A stretch of 64,000 bases of DNA, taken from Bacteroidales bacterium (GTDB lineage: Bacteria; Bacteroidota; Bacteroidia; Bacteroidales; WCHB1-69). Positions 8,134 through 17,182 of this stretch are shown piece by piece (position 1 is the first letter of the stretch; every line of letters begins with the position of its first letter). A model generated the notes under the pieces. The model was not told the origin of the DNA and did no database searches. It worked only from the letters and a program-made list of their open reading frames with translations. The stretch is taken from NCBI GenBank assembly GCA_024685175.1, contig JAIKWD010000021.1, positions 7,192 to 71,191 on the forward strand. Direction: 5' to 3'. A program made the translations under genes and the position numbers.

Positions 8134-8141
8134 CAAAGATA
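8134..8141 (-). promoter_or_regulatory. -7 box TATCTTTG upstream of the minus-strand hutU fragment
   Basis: CAAAGATA on the + strand, 38 nt upstream of the start at 8096. Confidence 0.45.
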
Positions 8142-8161
8142 CATAATTTTCTCTTTTTTTC

Positions 8162-8169
8162 TATTTTTG
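8162..8169 (+). promoter_or_regulatory. -7 box TATTTTTG (DUF456 gene)
   Basis: Consensus match 46 nt upstream of the ATG at 8215. Confidence 0.45.
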
Positions 8170-8214
8170 CACCGCTAACTGCGAACCGCTTTTGCTAACA
8201 GCTCTCTGCTATCC

Positions 8215-8724
8215 ATGGATACCATTCTCATCATATTAGCCTTCTTCTCAGCCCTTGTCGGCATCGTGGGTGCCGTCGTGCCGGGACTCCCTGGTCCACC
8301 ATTTGCCTGGTTGGCAGTGCTTTTGCAGAGTTTTACCCGCTTCGACAAAGACCTTACCCCGACCTTCTTGATCGTTACCGCCATCTTGGCTGTGATTATT
8401 ACTGTGTTGGACTACGTCATCCCTGCTTGGGGAACCAAACGATATGGAGGCACGCCTAGCGGTACGAAGGGTAGCACCATAGGACTGCTGGTCTCTGTTT
8501 TTTTGTTGCCGTTTTTAGGCATCACTATTGGCCCTTTTGGAATTATAGGCATCTTGCTGGGACCTTTTGCGGGCGCCTATATCGGAGAACGAATGCACCA
8601 GACTGATTCTAATCAGGCCCTGCGTTCCGCCTTCGGCAGTTTCATGGGCTTTCTGGCCGGCACCTTCATTAAACTCGTCTTCGCTATTGTCATTGTCGTG
8701 ATTATGATAAAAGGGATGTTTTGA
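8215..8724 (+). CDS. DUF456 family membrane protein
   Basis: 169 aa, four hydrophobic helices. IVGAVVPGLPGPPFAWLAVLL and GTKRYGGTPSGTKGSTIG are typical DUF456 motifs. Confidence 0.65.
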   Translation: MDTILIILAFFSALVGIVGAVVPGLPGPPFAWLAVLLQSFTRFDKDLTPTFLIVTAILAVIITVLDYVIPAWGTKRYGGTPSGTKGSTIGLLVSVFLLPFLGITIGPFGIIGILLGPFAGAYIGERMHQTDSNQALRSAFGSFMGFLAGTFIKLVFAIVIVVIMIKGMF

Positions 8725-8725
8725 T

Positions 8726-8778
8726 GTTAGTAGTTAGTCATTAGTTCTAAAATCTCAAGTCTCAAATCTCAAATCTCA
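8726..8778. repeat. word repeats TTAGT(C/A)(A/G)TTAGTT and CTCAAATCT x3
   Basis: gttagtagttagtcattagtt ... aatctcaagtctcaaatctcaaatctca. Confidence 0.75.
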
Positions 8779-8787
8779 TTCACTCTC

Positions 8788-9390
8788 ATGTATCCTGAAA
8801 TCCAAAAACCATACGCCCTTTATGTTCATGGGATGGGCTCCGGTGCAAAGTCGGGGACCAAATCTTCGTTGGGAAAATATCTTACTGATTACGAGTGGAT
8901 TGCTCCAGAGTTCACCACCGATCCATACGAGTCGTTGGAAATCCTGAATGAATGGGTCAATACATTTCATCCGGCGATAATTGCGGGTACCTCCATGGGC
9001 GGTTTTCTCACGTTGTTCGCCAATTATTCGTCTGCCATCAAGCTGATTGTCAATCCTACGTACAACATTGAGACAGTCCTTCGCAAAGTAGGCTACGGCA
9101 AACATCCTTATCACTGCGAGCGTGAGAACGGTGAAACAGAGTATGTCATTGATGAACCGATGATTAGGCGCTTTATAACATTCAGAGAAGAAAAAAACAT
9201 TGTTCTGGGTAGTCGCAATATAGCGTTGTTCTCTTCCGATGACGAGTTGGTTGGCAAGGAGAATTCAAAGAAAAACGCTGCGGTGTTGGAGAAAGCTGGC
9301 TTTGAGATTGTCTGGTCCGACAAGTTCGGCCACCGCCTTAACGAGCGAGGTGCCAAAAAGCTCGTGGAAACAATGAAAGGCAGTATGTGA
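8788..9390 (+). CDS. YqiA/UPF0227-like alpha/beta hydrolase (esterase)
   Basis: 200 aa. LYVHGMGSG start, nucleophile elbow GTSMGG, and a late GH (DKFGHRL) as candidate catalytic His. Visibly AT-richer than its neighbours. Confidence 0.6.
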   Translation: MYPEIQKPYALYVHGMGSGAKSGTKSSLGKYLTDYEWIAPEFTTDPYESLEILNEWVNTFHPAIIAGTSMGGFLTLFANYSSAIKLIVNPTYNIETVLRKVGYGKHPYHCERENGETEYVIDEPMIRRFITFREEKNIVLGSRNIALFSSDDELVGKENSKKNAAVLEKAGFEIVWSDKFGHRLNERGAKKLVETMKGSM

Positions 9391-9424
9391 TTTGTAGAGA
9401 CGGCAAGTCGCGTAGTATTTTTCT

Positions 9425-9432
9425 TATCTTTG
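9425..9432 (+). promoter_or_regulatory. -7 box TATCTTTG (478-aa membrane protein gene)
   Basis: Consensus match 20 nt upstream of the ATG at 9452. Confidence 0.45.
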
Positions 9433-9451
9433 CAGCCACAAGTGTAATATT

Positions 9452-10888
9452 ATGATCAATATCACCACCAAGATACATGACAAGTTCTCCATCGAGTTTA
9501 AAGTCGGTTTCTCCGGCAGTGAACGCGATGCCAATAGTAATTTCAATGTCAATACTTGGTTCTTTATTCCCAATAGTTTGGATATCAATTCGAGCACCTA
9601 TGGGAAAGATCATTTCTATCGCGATGTGAAGTCGAACATTCGCCTTATAACGCCAGAATTTTCAATGTTGGAAATGGTTGAGGATGAGGCTATTCCATTG
9701 AATAAACTAAAGCAATCATTGAAGAGTTTCCTGGCACATCAGATTGGCTCAACTGACCTTGAATTTCAGGTTAAAATGTTCTGCGCAATCTTTAAGAGCG
9801 CCCTTCGTAATTCAGTAAGGGAGATCCTACATGGCACTGACGAGTCGGCTATGCCTTCTCTGTGTAGAAACTTGGTGGATGGTATTCAACAGGTGACGTT
9901 GGAATATCGAAAGCTGGTTGCTCAGGCTTCGGAAACCATCGGTGGAATGGAGGCTTTCTTTTATGGTGATGAATATATGAGTCACATCATAAGTGTGCAG
10001 TTGACGCGCGCCGTGCACAAACTTGACCGAATGGCTTCCACTGAGGGACGGGCTCTTCTCGTTGACCTGATTCAAAAGGAGATACAGTACAAAGAGAAGG
10101 TGGGGTATAGCCATGTGTCTGATGAGGATGATAAGGCGAATCGTGAGCTGGTGGTAAAACATGGCCAACTTAAAAAATATATCGAAAGTGCCCTTTTCCT
10201 CAAAATGGACACTTCGGATGACGGAGCTGCTGTCAAACAGCTCACATTTGGTGTCGCGGCAGGCATTGCCATGCTCATATCCACTCTGATCGCTTTGCCT
10301 TTCCAAAAATATCTGGGCAATTATCCTGCGCTCATCTTCATTATCTTGATTGTGGCTTATATGTTCAAGGACCGTATCAAGGAGATGATGAGAAACCTGT
10401 TTGCCTATCGGTTGAAGTCTAAGTTCTTTGACCACAAGACGGTGCTCCATTTCAAGGATGAAACCATAGGTTGGATTAAGGAGGGGATGGATTTCATCAA
10501 TGACGCCAAGACTCCTGAAGAGGTGTTGAAGTTGCGTAAGAGATCCCATCTGGAAGCCGATAATGCTCTCCAGCAAGAGCGTACCATTCTGTATCGCAAA
10601 CAGGTTAATATCAATAACCAACGGCTTCGAAACCAATTTGAATACGTGTTTGCGGGCATTAACGACATCTTGCGGTTCCATATCCAAAGTTATGTGCGTA
10701 AAATGGATGATCCGATATTGACAATAGATACAGTTAATGCTGACGGGCAAATTGAGACAATCCCCACTGCCCGTATTTACAACGTTCACGTTGTGTTGCA
10801 GTTTATTTATGATGATCAGGTAGAGTATCGTGCTTTTCGCATCGCCGCCACCCGCGACGGAATATTGGAGGTCAAGGAGTTGTCATAA
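9452..10888 (+). CDS. hypothetical membrane protein (soluble N-domain, 2 TM helices, soluble C-domain); no family recognised
   Basis: 478-aa ORF with a TATCTTTG box at 9425-9432. TM segments are LTFGVAAGIAMLISTLIALPF and YPALIFIILIVAYMF. I recognise no catalytic motif. Confidence 0.6.
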   Translation: MINITTKIHDKFSIEFKVGFSGSERDANSNFNVNTWFFIPNSLDINSSTYGKDHFYRDVKSNIRLITPEFSMLEMVEDEAIPLNKLKQSLKSFLAHQIGSTDLEFQVKMFCAIFKSALRNSVREILHGTDESAMPSLCRNLVDGIQQVTLEYRKLVAQASETIGGMEAFFYGDEYMSHIISVQLTRAVHKLDRMASTEGRALLVDLIQKEIQYKEKVGYSHVSDEDDKANRELVVKHGQLKKYIESALFLKMDTSDDGAAVKQLTFGVAAGIAMLISTLIALPFQKYLGNYPALIFIILIVAYMFKDRIKEMMRNLFAYRLKSKFFDHKTVLHFKDETIGWIKEGMDFINDAKTPEEVLKLRKRSHLEADNALQQERTILYRKQVNINNQRLRNQFEYVFAGINDILRFHIQSYVRKMDDPILTIDTVNADGQIETIPTARIYNVHVVLQFIYDDQVEYRAFRIAATRDGILEVKELS

Positions 10889-10951
10889 TTTCAATACTTC
10901 GTTCTAATATTCTATATCTTATAGTTTAACAGTCCTAATCCCCCGTTTCCA

Positions 10952-12004
10952 TTGCCTAAGCTATTCACCCTTACCAACGCTTCCGGTCTCTCTGTTACCA
11001 TCACCAACATCGGTGCACGCATCGTGTCGTGGCTTGTGCCCGATCGCAAGGGCACGCTGTGCGATGTAGTGCTCGGCTTCGACAAAGTGGAGGACTATTT
11101 GCCCGAAAACCACCGTTCCGACTTCGGGGCGGCCATCGGGCGCTATGCCAACCGACTGGCCAACGGGCGTGTCGTCATCGATGGACGAACGTTCCAGCTA
11201 CCACAGAACGACGGTCCCAACTGTCTGCACGGTGGCCCTGACGGCTGGCAGTACCGCCTGTTTTCTGTGGACGAGGTGGACAAAAGCCGGCTCGTGCTGA
11301 GCTTGGTCAGTGAAGATGGCAACAGCGGTTTTCCGGGCGAGGTGCACGTGCGCGTCATGTACACGCTCACTGACGATAATGCGCTCGACATCAAGTACGA
11401 GGCCACCACCGATAGTGACACCGTTATCAATATGACCAACCACAGCTATTTCAACTTGTCGGGTGACCCGCACGGTTCCATCCTCGACCATTTGCTCACG
11501 ATCGATGCGGACTGCTACACGCCCGTAGATGACACGCTCATCCCGACGGGCGAGTTGGCTCCTGTGGAGGGCACTCCGATGGACTTTCGGCAGGCGAAAC
11601 CGATTGGCCGCGACATTGCCGCCGATTTCGAGCAACTGCGCATCGGGCGCGGCTACGACCACAACTGGGTGCTTAACACCCGTGGGGATTTCAACAAACC
11701 CTGCGCGCGCCTCGAATGCCCCGCGACAGGCATTGCGTTGGAGGTTTACACCACCGAACCAGGGATGCAGGTCTATACTGGTAACTTCTTGGATGGCGCC
11801 TTTGTGGGTAAGGGAGGCATCCACTATGGTCATCGCGCCGCCGTCTGCTTGGAGACCCAAAAGTTCCCCGACTCGCCCAATCACCAATGGCCCGAGTCGA
11901 ATGCCTATTTGAGGGTGGGGGAGATGTATCGGAGTAGGACGAGGTTCAAATTCAAAATTCAGAATTCAAAGTCCACAATTCAAAGTTTCGTTTTTAACGT
12001 TTGA
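10952..12004 (+). CDS. galM: aldose 1-epimerase (galactose mutarotase); TTG start; C-terminal tail reads into a tandem repeat
   Basis: FTLTNASGLSVTITNIGARIVSWLVPDRKG, RYANRLANGR, LHGGPDGW, NMTNHSYFNL and CLETQKFPDSPN are conserved GalM blocks. The last ~19 codons (FKFKIQNSKSTIQSFVFNV) are encoded by the AATTCAAA repeat. Confidence 0.85.
   Translation: MPKLFTLTNASGLSVTITNIGARIVSWLVPDRKGTLCDVVLGFDKVEDYLPENHRSDFGAAIGRYANRLANGRVVIDGRTFQLPQNDGPNCLHGGPDGWQYRLFSVDEVDKSRLVLSLVSEDGNSGFPGEVHVRVMYTLTDDNALDIKYEATTDSDTVINMTNHSYFNLSGDPHGSILDHLLTIDADCYTPVDDTLIPTGELAPVEGTPMDFRQAKPIGRDIAADFEQLRIGRGYDHNWVLNTRGDFNKPCARLECPATGIALEVYTTEPGMQVYTGNFLDGAFVGKGGIHYGHRAAVCLETQKFPDSPNHQWPESNAYLRVGEMYRSRTRFKFKIQNSKSTIQSFVFNV
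11945..11985. repeat. AATTCAAA-type heptamer/octamer array (3' end of galM)
   Basis: ttcaaattcaaaattcagaattcaaagtccacaattcaaag. Confidence 0.8.
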
Positions 12005-12242
12005 TAGCGCAGGAGGAAGATATTCGGAGTATGCCCAGAAACTGATTGCTAGCGTACATCGCGGCATTGGACGCTCCACCACCTTTCACATCGCCTGCCA
12101 AATCCGCCGTTGCCTGATATGGAGCTACACCTATCCCGACGGGCACACGGACTATTGGGAGTTTTATAGGTAGGGTTAGCACCTTTCCCCAATTACTTTT
12201 TCAGCATCTTGATTATTCCTTCCGTCTCCTAAATCCAGCTTT

Positions 12243-12782
12243 TCAATGCTGTTCAACTATCCGCCATTCTCCCGGCTGGAGCGTGCCCAATTCCAGGTCG
12301 CCGATCTGGACACGGATGAGTCGTAGGGTCGGGAAGCCCACGGCTGCGGTCATATGCCGCACTTGGCGGTTCTTGCCTTCGGTGAGGGTGAGCCGAACCC
12401 AACTGGTCGGGATGTTGGCACGATAGCGGATGGGCGGCACACGATCCCAAAGGTTTTCCGGCGGAAGTACCTTCTCCGCCTTGCAAGGCCTCGTGCGGTA
12501 GCCCTTGATGACAACCCCCCTTGTCAGCATTTGCACAGCCTCCTTGGTGATTTCCCCATCGACTTGCGCGAGGTAGGTGCGCGGGTGGGCGTTCTTCGGG
12601 TCCAGCAGTTGCTTGATCAGTCGCCCGTCGTCCGTCAGCAATAGGGCACCTTCACTATCGTGGTCCAGCCGTCCGGCGGCATAGACGCCCGGAGGGAAGC
12701 CGAACTCGTCGAGGGCACGATGTCCCGCCTCGGGCGTGAACTGGCTCAGCACACCGTATGGTTTGTTGAAGAGGATTACCAT
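12243..12782 (-). CDS. rluE: 23S rRNA pseudouridine synthase RluE-like (RsuA family)
   Basis: ILFNKPYGVLSQFT...GVYAAGRLDHDSEGALLLTDDG...GKNRQVRHMTAAVG. Confidence 0.8.
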   Translation of the reverse strand: MVILFNKPYGVLSQFTPEAGHRALDEFGFPPGVYAAGRLDHDSEGALLLTDDGRLIKQLLDPKNAHPRTYLAQVDGEITKEAVQMLTRGVVIKGYRTRPCKAEKVLPPENLWDRVPPIRYRANIPTSWVRLTLTEGKNRQVRHMTAAVGFPTLRLIRVQIGDLELGTLQPGEWRIVEQH

Positions 12783-13615
12783 TTCTTTCCTCCCATTCGC
12801 ATCATCGCGTCCCAGCAGCGGGCGGGGAGCAGCCAGTGGAGGAAGACCCCGAGGTGTGAGGCGCGGCCGGTGAGGTAGCGCGCGCGAGGACGACGGCGGT
12901 TCACGGCTTTGGAGATGGCTTTCGTGATGACCGTTGGCCGGGATATCAGATTGCCGGTGTATATCTTGTGCATTGTGGCGGCCATGTTGAGGGCCGCGGG
13001 CGCGTAGTCCGTGCCGGTGGAACTCTCCTTGAGATGGTCGGCGGCGATGATGCCCCAGTTGGTCTTGATGGCGCCTGGCTCAATGAGCACCACGTCAATG
13101 CCGAAGGGCTGCACCTCCATCCGAAGCGCGTCGCTGAGGGCCTCCACCGAGTACTTGGAGACGTGGTACCAGCCGCCGAAGTAGATGACGACCTTGCCGG
13201 CCATCGACGAGATGTTGATGATGCGCCCCGATCCCTGTTTACGCATAGATGGAAGTACCAGACGGCAGAGTCGTGCCAGACCGAACACGTTGACCTCCAG
13301 TTGTCGGCGGGCCTCCGCTTCGGGCACATTCTCGACGGCGCCGAAATAACCGAAGCCGGCGTTGTTCACCAACACGTCGATACGGCCTTCGGCATCGAGG
13401 ACGGCTTGCACCGCATCGGCGGAGGACTGCTCGTCGGTGACGTCGAGCCGCAGGGTGGTGACGCCGTCGGCGCGCAGCGGTTCCATCAATTCGAGGCGGC
13501 GGGCGGCGGCATACACGCGATGCCCTTGACGTGCCAACGTTTGCGCGGTGTCAAATCCGATGCCGCTGCTGGCACCGGTCACCAATATCACTTTCGGGGT
13601 GTTTGTCTTTTTCAT
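12776..13615 (-). CDS. SDR family oxidoreductase
   Basis: VILVTGASSGIGFDTAQ (TGxxxGxG), NNAG, and Y-x-x-x-K (YHVSKYSVE). The start at MKKTNTPK (13615) avoids overlap with the upstream GNAT gene. The ORF track start is 13639. Confidence 0.85.
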   Translation of the reverse strand: MKKTNTPKVILVTGASSGIGFDTAQTLARQGHRVYAAARRLELMEPLRADGVTTLRLDVTDEQSSADAVQAVLDAEGRIDVLVNNAGFGYFGAVENVPEAEARRQLEVNVFGLARLCRLVLPSMRKQGSGRIINISSMAGKVVIYFGGWYHVSKYSVEALSDALRMEVQPFGIDVVLIEPGAIKTNWGIIAADHLKESSTGTDYAPAALNMAATMHKIYTGNLISRPTVITKAISKAVNRRRPRARYLTGRASHLGVFLHWLLPARCWDAMMRMGGKKW

Positions 13616-13622
13616 AAGGATG

Positions 13623-14105
13623 TTATTTGTTGTCTGCAAATTCCTTCAACTTCTCTTCCGTCAGGCGATAGACGGTCCACTCGTCCATAGGCACGGCGCC
13701 GATGGACTTGTAGAAGTCAATGGAGGGTTGGTTCCAGTCGAGGCAGACCCACTCCATACGGCCGCAGTTGCGCTCGACGGCCAACTGGGCCAAGTGTTGT
13801 AGCAAGGCCTTGCCGTAGCCCAGGCCGCGTTTCTCGGGCAGCACGAACAGGTCTTCGAGATAGAGTCCCTTGCGGCCTACGAAGGTGGAGAAGTTGTGAA
13901 AGAATAGGGCGAAACCGACGATGGTGCCGTCTTCCTCGCCGAAGACGACCTCGGCGTCGTGCTGTACAAAAAGAGATTGGTACAGAGTCTCCTCTGTGGC
14001 GCTGACCTCATTGGGCAGTTTCTCGTATAGGGCAAGCTTTTGGATGTATTCCAGGACGGTGCCAGCCTCGTCAGGACGTGCTGGGCGAATGGTGAATGTG
14101 GGCAT
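13623..14105 (-). CDS. GNAT family N-acetyltransferase (diamine/spermidine acetyltransferase-like)
   Basis: 160 aa. The acetyl-CoA motif is LFVLPEKRGLGYGKALLQHLAQLAVE. Confidence 0.8.
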   Translation of the reverse strand: MPTFTIRPARPDEAGTVLEYIQKLALYEKLPNEVSATEETLYQSLFVQHDAEVVFGEEDGTIVGFALFFHNFSTFVGRKGLYLEDLFVLPEKRGLGYGKALLQHLAQLAVERNCGRMEWVCLDWNQPSIDFYKSIGAVPMDEWTVYRLTEEKLKEFADNK

Positions 14106-14172
14106 GAGAATCAGAATTGATTATTGGGCGCAAAAATAATAAATCTCCCATCAAATACTTTCTTCACAACTC

Positions 14173-14208
14173 CAATTTTTGAATTTTGAATTTTGAATTT
14201 TGAATTTC
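14173..14208. repeat. TTTGAAT heptamer x4, the inverted complement of the 11945-11985 array
   Basis: caatttttgaattttgaattttgaattttgaatttcc. Confidence 0.85.
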
Positions 14209-14232
14209 CCAATCCTTTCCCCTAATTTTCAC

Positions 14233-14240
14233 TATCTTTG
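14233..14240 (+). promoter_or_regulatory. -7 box TATCTTTG (galK)
   Basis: Consensus match 20 nt upstream of the ATG at 14260. Confidence 0.45.
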
Positions 14241-14259
14241 CCGCACAAAAAACACTCCT

Positions 14260-15387
14260 ATGCCTACCGACCTGCATCTTGATGGACAAACCCGAGTGCT
14301 TCATTTCTTCGCTCCCGGGCGCGTGAACCTTATCGGCGATCACACCGACTACAACGGCGGCCTTGTTTTCCCCGCCGCGCTCACGATGGGCACGTACTTG
14401 ACAGTCACTGAACGCTTTGACCATTTTTCCTGTGGCTTTGAGTCCGACGACACCCCCGACACCTTCACGCTTGGGAGTGAGCAACTGGCGCAACGTCAGC
14501 ATGCTTGGGTGGACTATCCCTTGGGCGTGCTCAAGGAGTTCTCCGACCGCGGATGGAATCTCCTCGGCTACGATTTCCACTACCACGGCGATCTGCCCAT
14601 CGGGGCGGCGCTCTCCTCGTCGGCCTCCATCGAGATGGTGACGGCCGTGGCCCTCAACACCTTGTGTGGCGAACCCTTTACCCAATTGGAACTGGTGCAG
14701 ATGGCGCAACATGCCGAGAACGCCTTTGTGGGGATGAACTGCGGCATTATGGACCAGTTTGCCTCTGGATTCGGCAAAAAAGACCATGCCATCGCATTGG
14801 ACTGTAACACGTTGGAATACGAGTGGGTGCCATTGGAGATGAGTGGGCTGAAGTTCGTGATCGCCAATACCAACAAGCCTCGTGAATTGGTGGACTCCGC
14901 GTACAACCGGCGTCGTGCCGAATGCAACGAGGCATTGGAGATTTTGCGACGCTATGTGTCCGTGGAAAACCTCTGTCAATTGACTGTGCCGCAGTTTGAG
15001 AAGCTGTCCCGGAACCTCTCGGGTAACGTGCTCCGGCGCGCGCGACACGCCGTCAGCGAGCACGCCCGTGTGCGCGAGGCCGTGACCGCCCTCAAGGCAG
15101 GCGATATGGCCCGGTTCGGTCAGCTGATGAACGCCTCGCACGCCTCCCTGCGCGACGACTACGCCGTGACGTGCCCCGAACTCGACTTTTTGGTCGCCGC
15201 CGCCCAGCAACACCCCGGCGTGCTCGGCAGCCGGATGACTGGCGCAGGCTTCGGCGGCTGCACTGTCACTCTCATCGCCGAAGAGCGGGTAGGGGAGTTC
15301 ATCCGCACGTTGGGTGATGCCTACACGCAACGCTTCGGCCATAATGCCGATTTTTATGTGGCCGAAATCGGCGATGGCGCCCAGTAG
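14260..15387 (+). CDS. galK: galactokinase
   Basis: FAPGRVNLIGDHTDYNGG (GalK signature) and GAALSSSASIEM (GHMP motif). TATCTTTG box at 14233-14240 supports the ATG at 14260 rather than 14200. Confidence 0.9.
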   Translation: MPTDLHLDGQTRVLHFFAPGRVNLIGDHTDYNGGLVFPAALTMGTYLTVTERFDHFSCGFESDDTPDTFTLGSEQLAQRQHAWVDYPLGVLKEFSDRGWNLLGYDFHYHGDLPIGAALSSSASIEMVTAVALNTLCGEPFTQLELVQMAQHAENAFVGMNCGIMDQFASGFGKKDHAIALDCNTLEYEWVPLEMSGLKFVIANTNKPRELVDSAYNRRRAECNEALEILRRYVSVENLCQLTVPQFEKLSRNLSGNVLRRARHAVSEHARVREAVTALKAGDMARFGQLMNASHASLRDDYAVTCPELDFLVAAAQQHPGVLGSRMTGAGFGGCTVTLIAEERVGEFIRTLGDAYTQRFGHNADFYVAEIGDGAQ

Positions 15388-15515
15388 GGCAAACGATACG
15401 AAAGGTAGTATCTCTTTTGATGCTCCCCAAAAGCGATAAATTACTCCGTAGTGCATGTTCAATACGTTGTCAAATAATTGTGTAGACGTTAATGCTATTT
15501 AATCGAAAAAAAACA

Positions 15516-15523
15516 TATTTTTG
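15516..15523 (+). promoter_or_regulatory. -7 box TATTTTTG (pyrG)
   Basis: Consensus match ~60 nt upstream of the ATG at 15585. Confidence 0.4.
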
Positions 15524-15584
15524 CATCCCGTAACAATCGTGTCTGTCCTAAGACCGGCATACGAATAAACAGAATTTCGCAGTT

Positions 15585-17180
15585 ATGACGCAAGCAAAAT
15601 ACATCTTCGTTACGGGCGGTGTCGTCTCCTCTTTGGGTAAGGGCATCATCTCAGCATCTATTGGCAAATTATTACAAGACAGAGGATTCCGTATTACCAT
15701 CCAAAAATACGATCCCTATATCAACGTGGATCCCGGTACGCTGAATCCCTATGAGCACGGCGAGTGCTACGTCACTGCCGACGGTATGGAGACCGACCTT
15801 GACTTGGGCCATTATGAACGCTTCACGGGAATACAGACTACCCGTGCGAACTCGATGACCACGGGACGCATCTACAAGTCGGTGATTGACAAGGAGAGGC
15901 GGGGCGACTACTTGGGCAAGACCATCCAAGTGGTGCCGCATATCACTGACGAGATCAAATGCAATATCCAATTTCTGGGCAATACGGGGCAATATGACTT
16001 CGTCATCACGGAGATTGGCGGCACCATCGGCGATATTGAGAGCGCACCCTATCTGGAGTCCATCCGCCAGCTGAAATGGGAGATGGGTCGTGATGCCGTG
16101 TGTGTCCACCTGACCTACGTGCCCTATCTGCGTGCCGCCGACGAGCTGAAAACCAAGCCCACGCAGCACAGCGTCAAGGAGATGCAGAGTAACGGTATCC
16201 AGCCCGACATCCTCATCCTACGCACCGAGAAACATCTGGACGACCATCTCCGCCAAAAGGTCGCCGGCTTCTGCAACGTGGATTTGGAATGCGTCATCCA
16301 AAGCGAGGACCTCTCCAGTATCTACGAGGTACCCGTCAATATGCAGCGACAAGGTCTGGATGCGGCCATTCTTCGCAAGATGGGCATTCCCGTGGGCGAA
16401 GCACCTGCGGCGGGACCTTGGAACCACTTCTTGGAATTGCGCCAAGGGGCAACGCAGTCAATACGTGTGGCCCTGGTGGGCAAATACGATCTCCAAGACG
16501 CCTACAAGAGCATTTTGGAGAGTCTGTCGCACGCCGCGACCTACCATCATCGCAAAGTGGACATACATTTTGTCAACTCCGAGCACATCGACGAACATAA
16601 TGTCGTGGAACAACTGGCGGATGCCGACGGCATCGTCATCTGCCCCGGATTCGGACAACGTGGCATAGAAGGCAAGATTCTCGCGGCACAGTATGCCCGT
16701 GAACACGATGTGCCCTGCTTCGGCATCTGTCTCGGTATGCAGATGATGGTCATCGAGTTCGCCCGCGACGTGCTGGGTCTTCGCGACGCCAACAGTCGTG
16801 AGATGGACCCCAATACGCCTAACAATGTCATCGACTTGATGGAGAGCCAGAAAAATCTGGCCCAGATGGGCGGTACGATGCGTTTGGGTGCATACGGCTG
16901 TGAGTTGCAACCAGGCAGCCGCGTCGCGACCATCTATGGCGAGACCCATATCCGCGAGCGCCATCGCCATCGCTATGAGTTCAACAATCGTTTTCTGCCC
17001 GACTTCGAAGCGCACGGTATGCGTTGCAGCGGCAGGAATCCCGACTCCGACTTGGTGGAAATCGTGGAGATGCCCGACAAACGTTGGTACATCGGCACGC
17101 AGTTCCATCCCGAATACCAAAGTACGGTGCTCAAGCCGCATCCGTTGTTTATGAATTTCATCAAAACCATAATAAGATAG
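15585..17180 (+). CDS. pyrG: CTP synthase
   Basis: KYIFVTGGVVSSLGKGI N-terminus and a glutaminase domain with GICLGMQ. Confidence 0.95.
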   Translation: MTQAKYIFVTGGVVSSLGKGIISASIGKLLQDRGFRITIQKYDPYINVDPGTLNPYEHGECYVTADGMETDLDLGHYERFTGIQTTRANSMTTGRIYKSVIDKERRGDYLGKTIQVVPHITDEIKCNIQFLGNTGQYDFVITEIGGTIGDIESAPYLESIRQLKWEMGRDAVCVHLTYVPYLRAADELKTKPTQHSVKEMQSNGIQPDILILRTEKHLDDHLRQKVAGFCNVDLECVIQSEDLSSIYEVPVNMQRQGLDAAILRKMGIPVGEAPAAGPWNHFLELRQGATQSIRVALVGKYDLQDAYKSILESLSHAATYHHRKVDIHFVNSEHIDEHNVVEQLADADGIVICPGFGQRGIEGKILAAQYAREHDVPCFGICLGMQMMVIEFARDVLGLRDANSREMDPNTPNNVIDLMESQKNLAQMGGTMRLGAYGCELQPGSRVATIYGETHIRERHRHRYEFNNRFLPDFEAHGMRCSGRNPDSDLVEIVEMPDKRWYIGTQFHPEYQSTVLKPHPLFMNFIKTIIR

Positions 17181-17182
17181 AT

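Noticed and set aside
6876-8144. The 422-aa (-) and 297-aa (+, 6885-7778) ORFs taken as intact genes
   Set aside because: Only the first ~200 codons of each resemble HutU. The remainder is the antisense reading of the partner fragment, so they are annotated as truncated pseudogene fragments.
11994-12182. 62-aa minus-strand ORF downstream of rluE
   Set aside because: It has no recognisable motif, start context or promoter. It could be a gene remnant, but there is not enough support to annotate it.
14164-15462. 432-aa minus-strand ORF
   Set aside because: It is antisense to galK, which has GalK and GHMP signatures. The same reasoning rejects 4270-5229 (antisense to the S8 peptidase), 16458-17195 and 16973-18001 (antisense to pyrG and SSF), 36200-37543 (antisense to kamD), 39385-40269 (antisense to gyrB) and 62596-63813 (antisense to the M16 peptidase).
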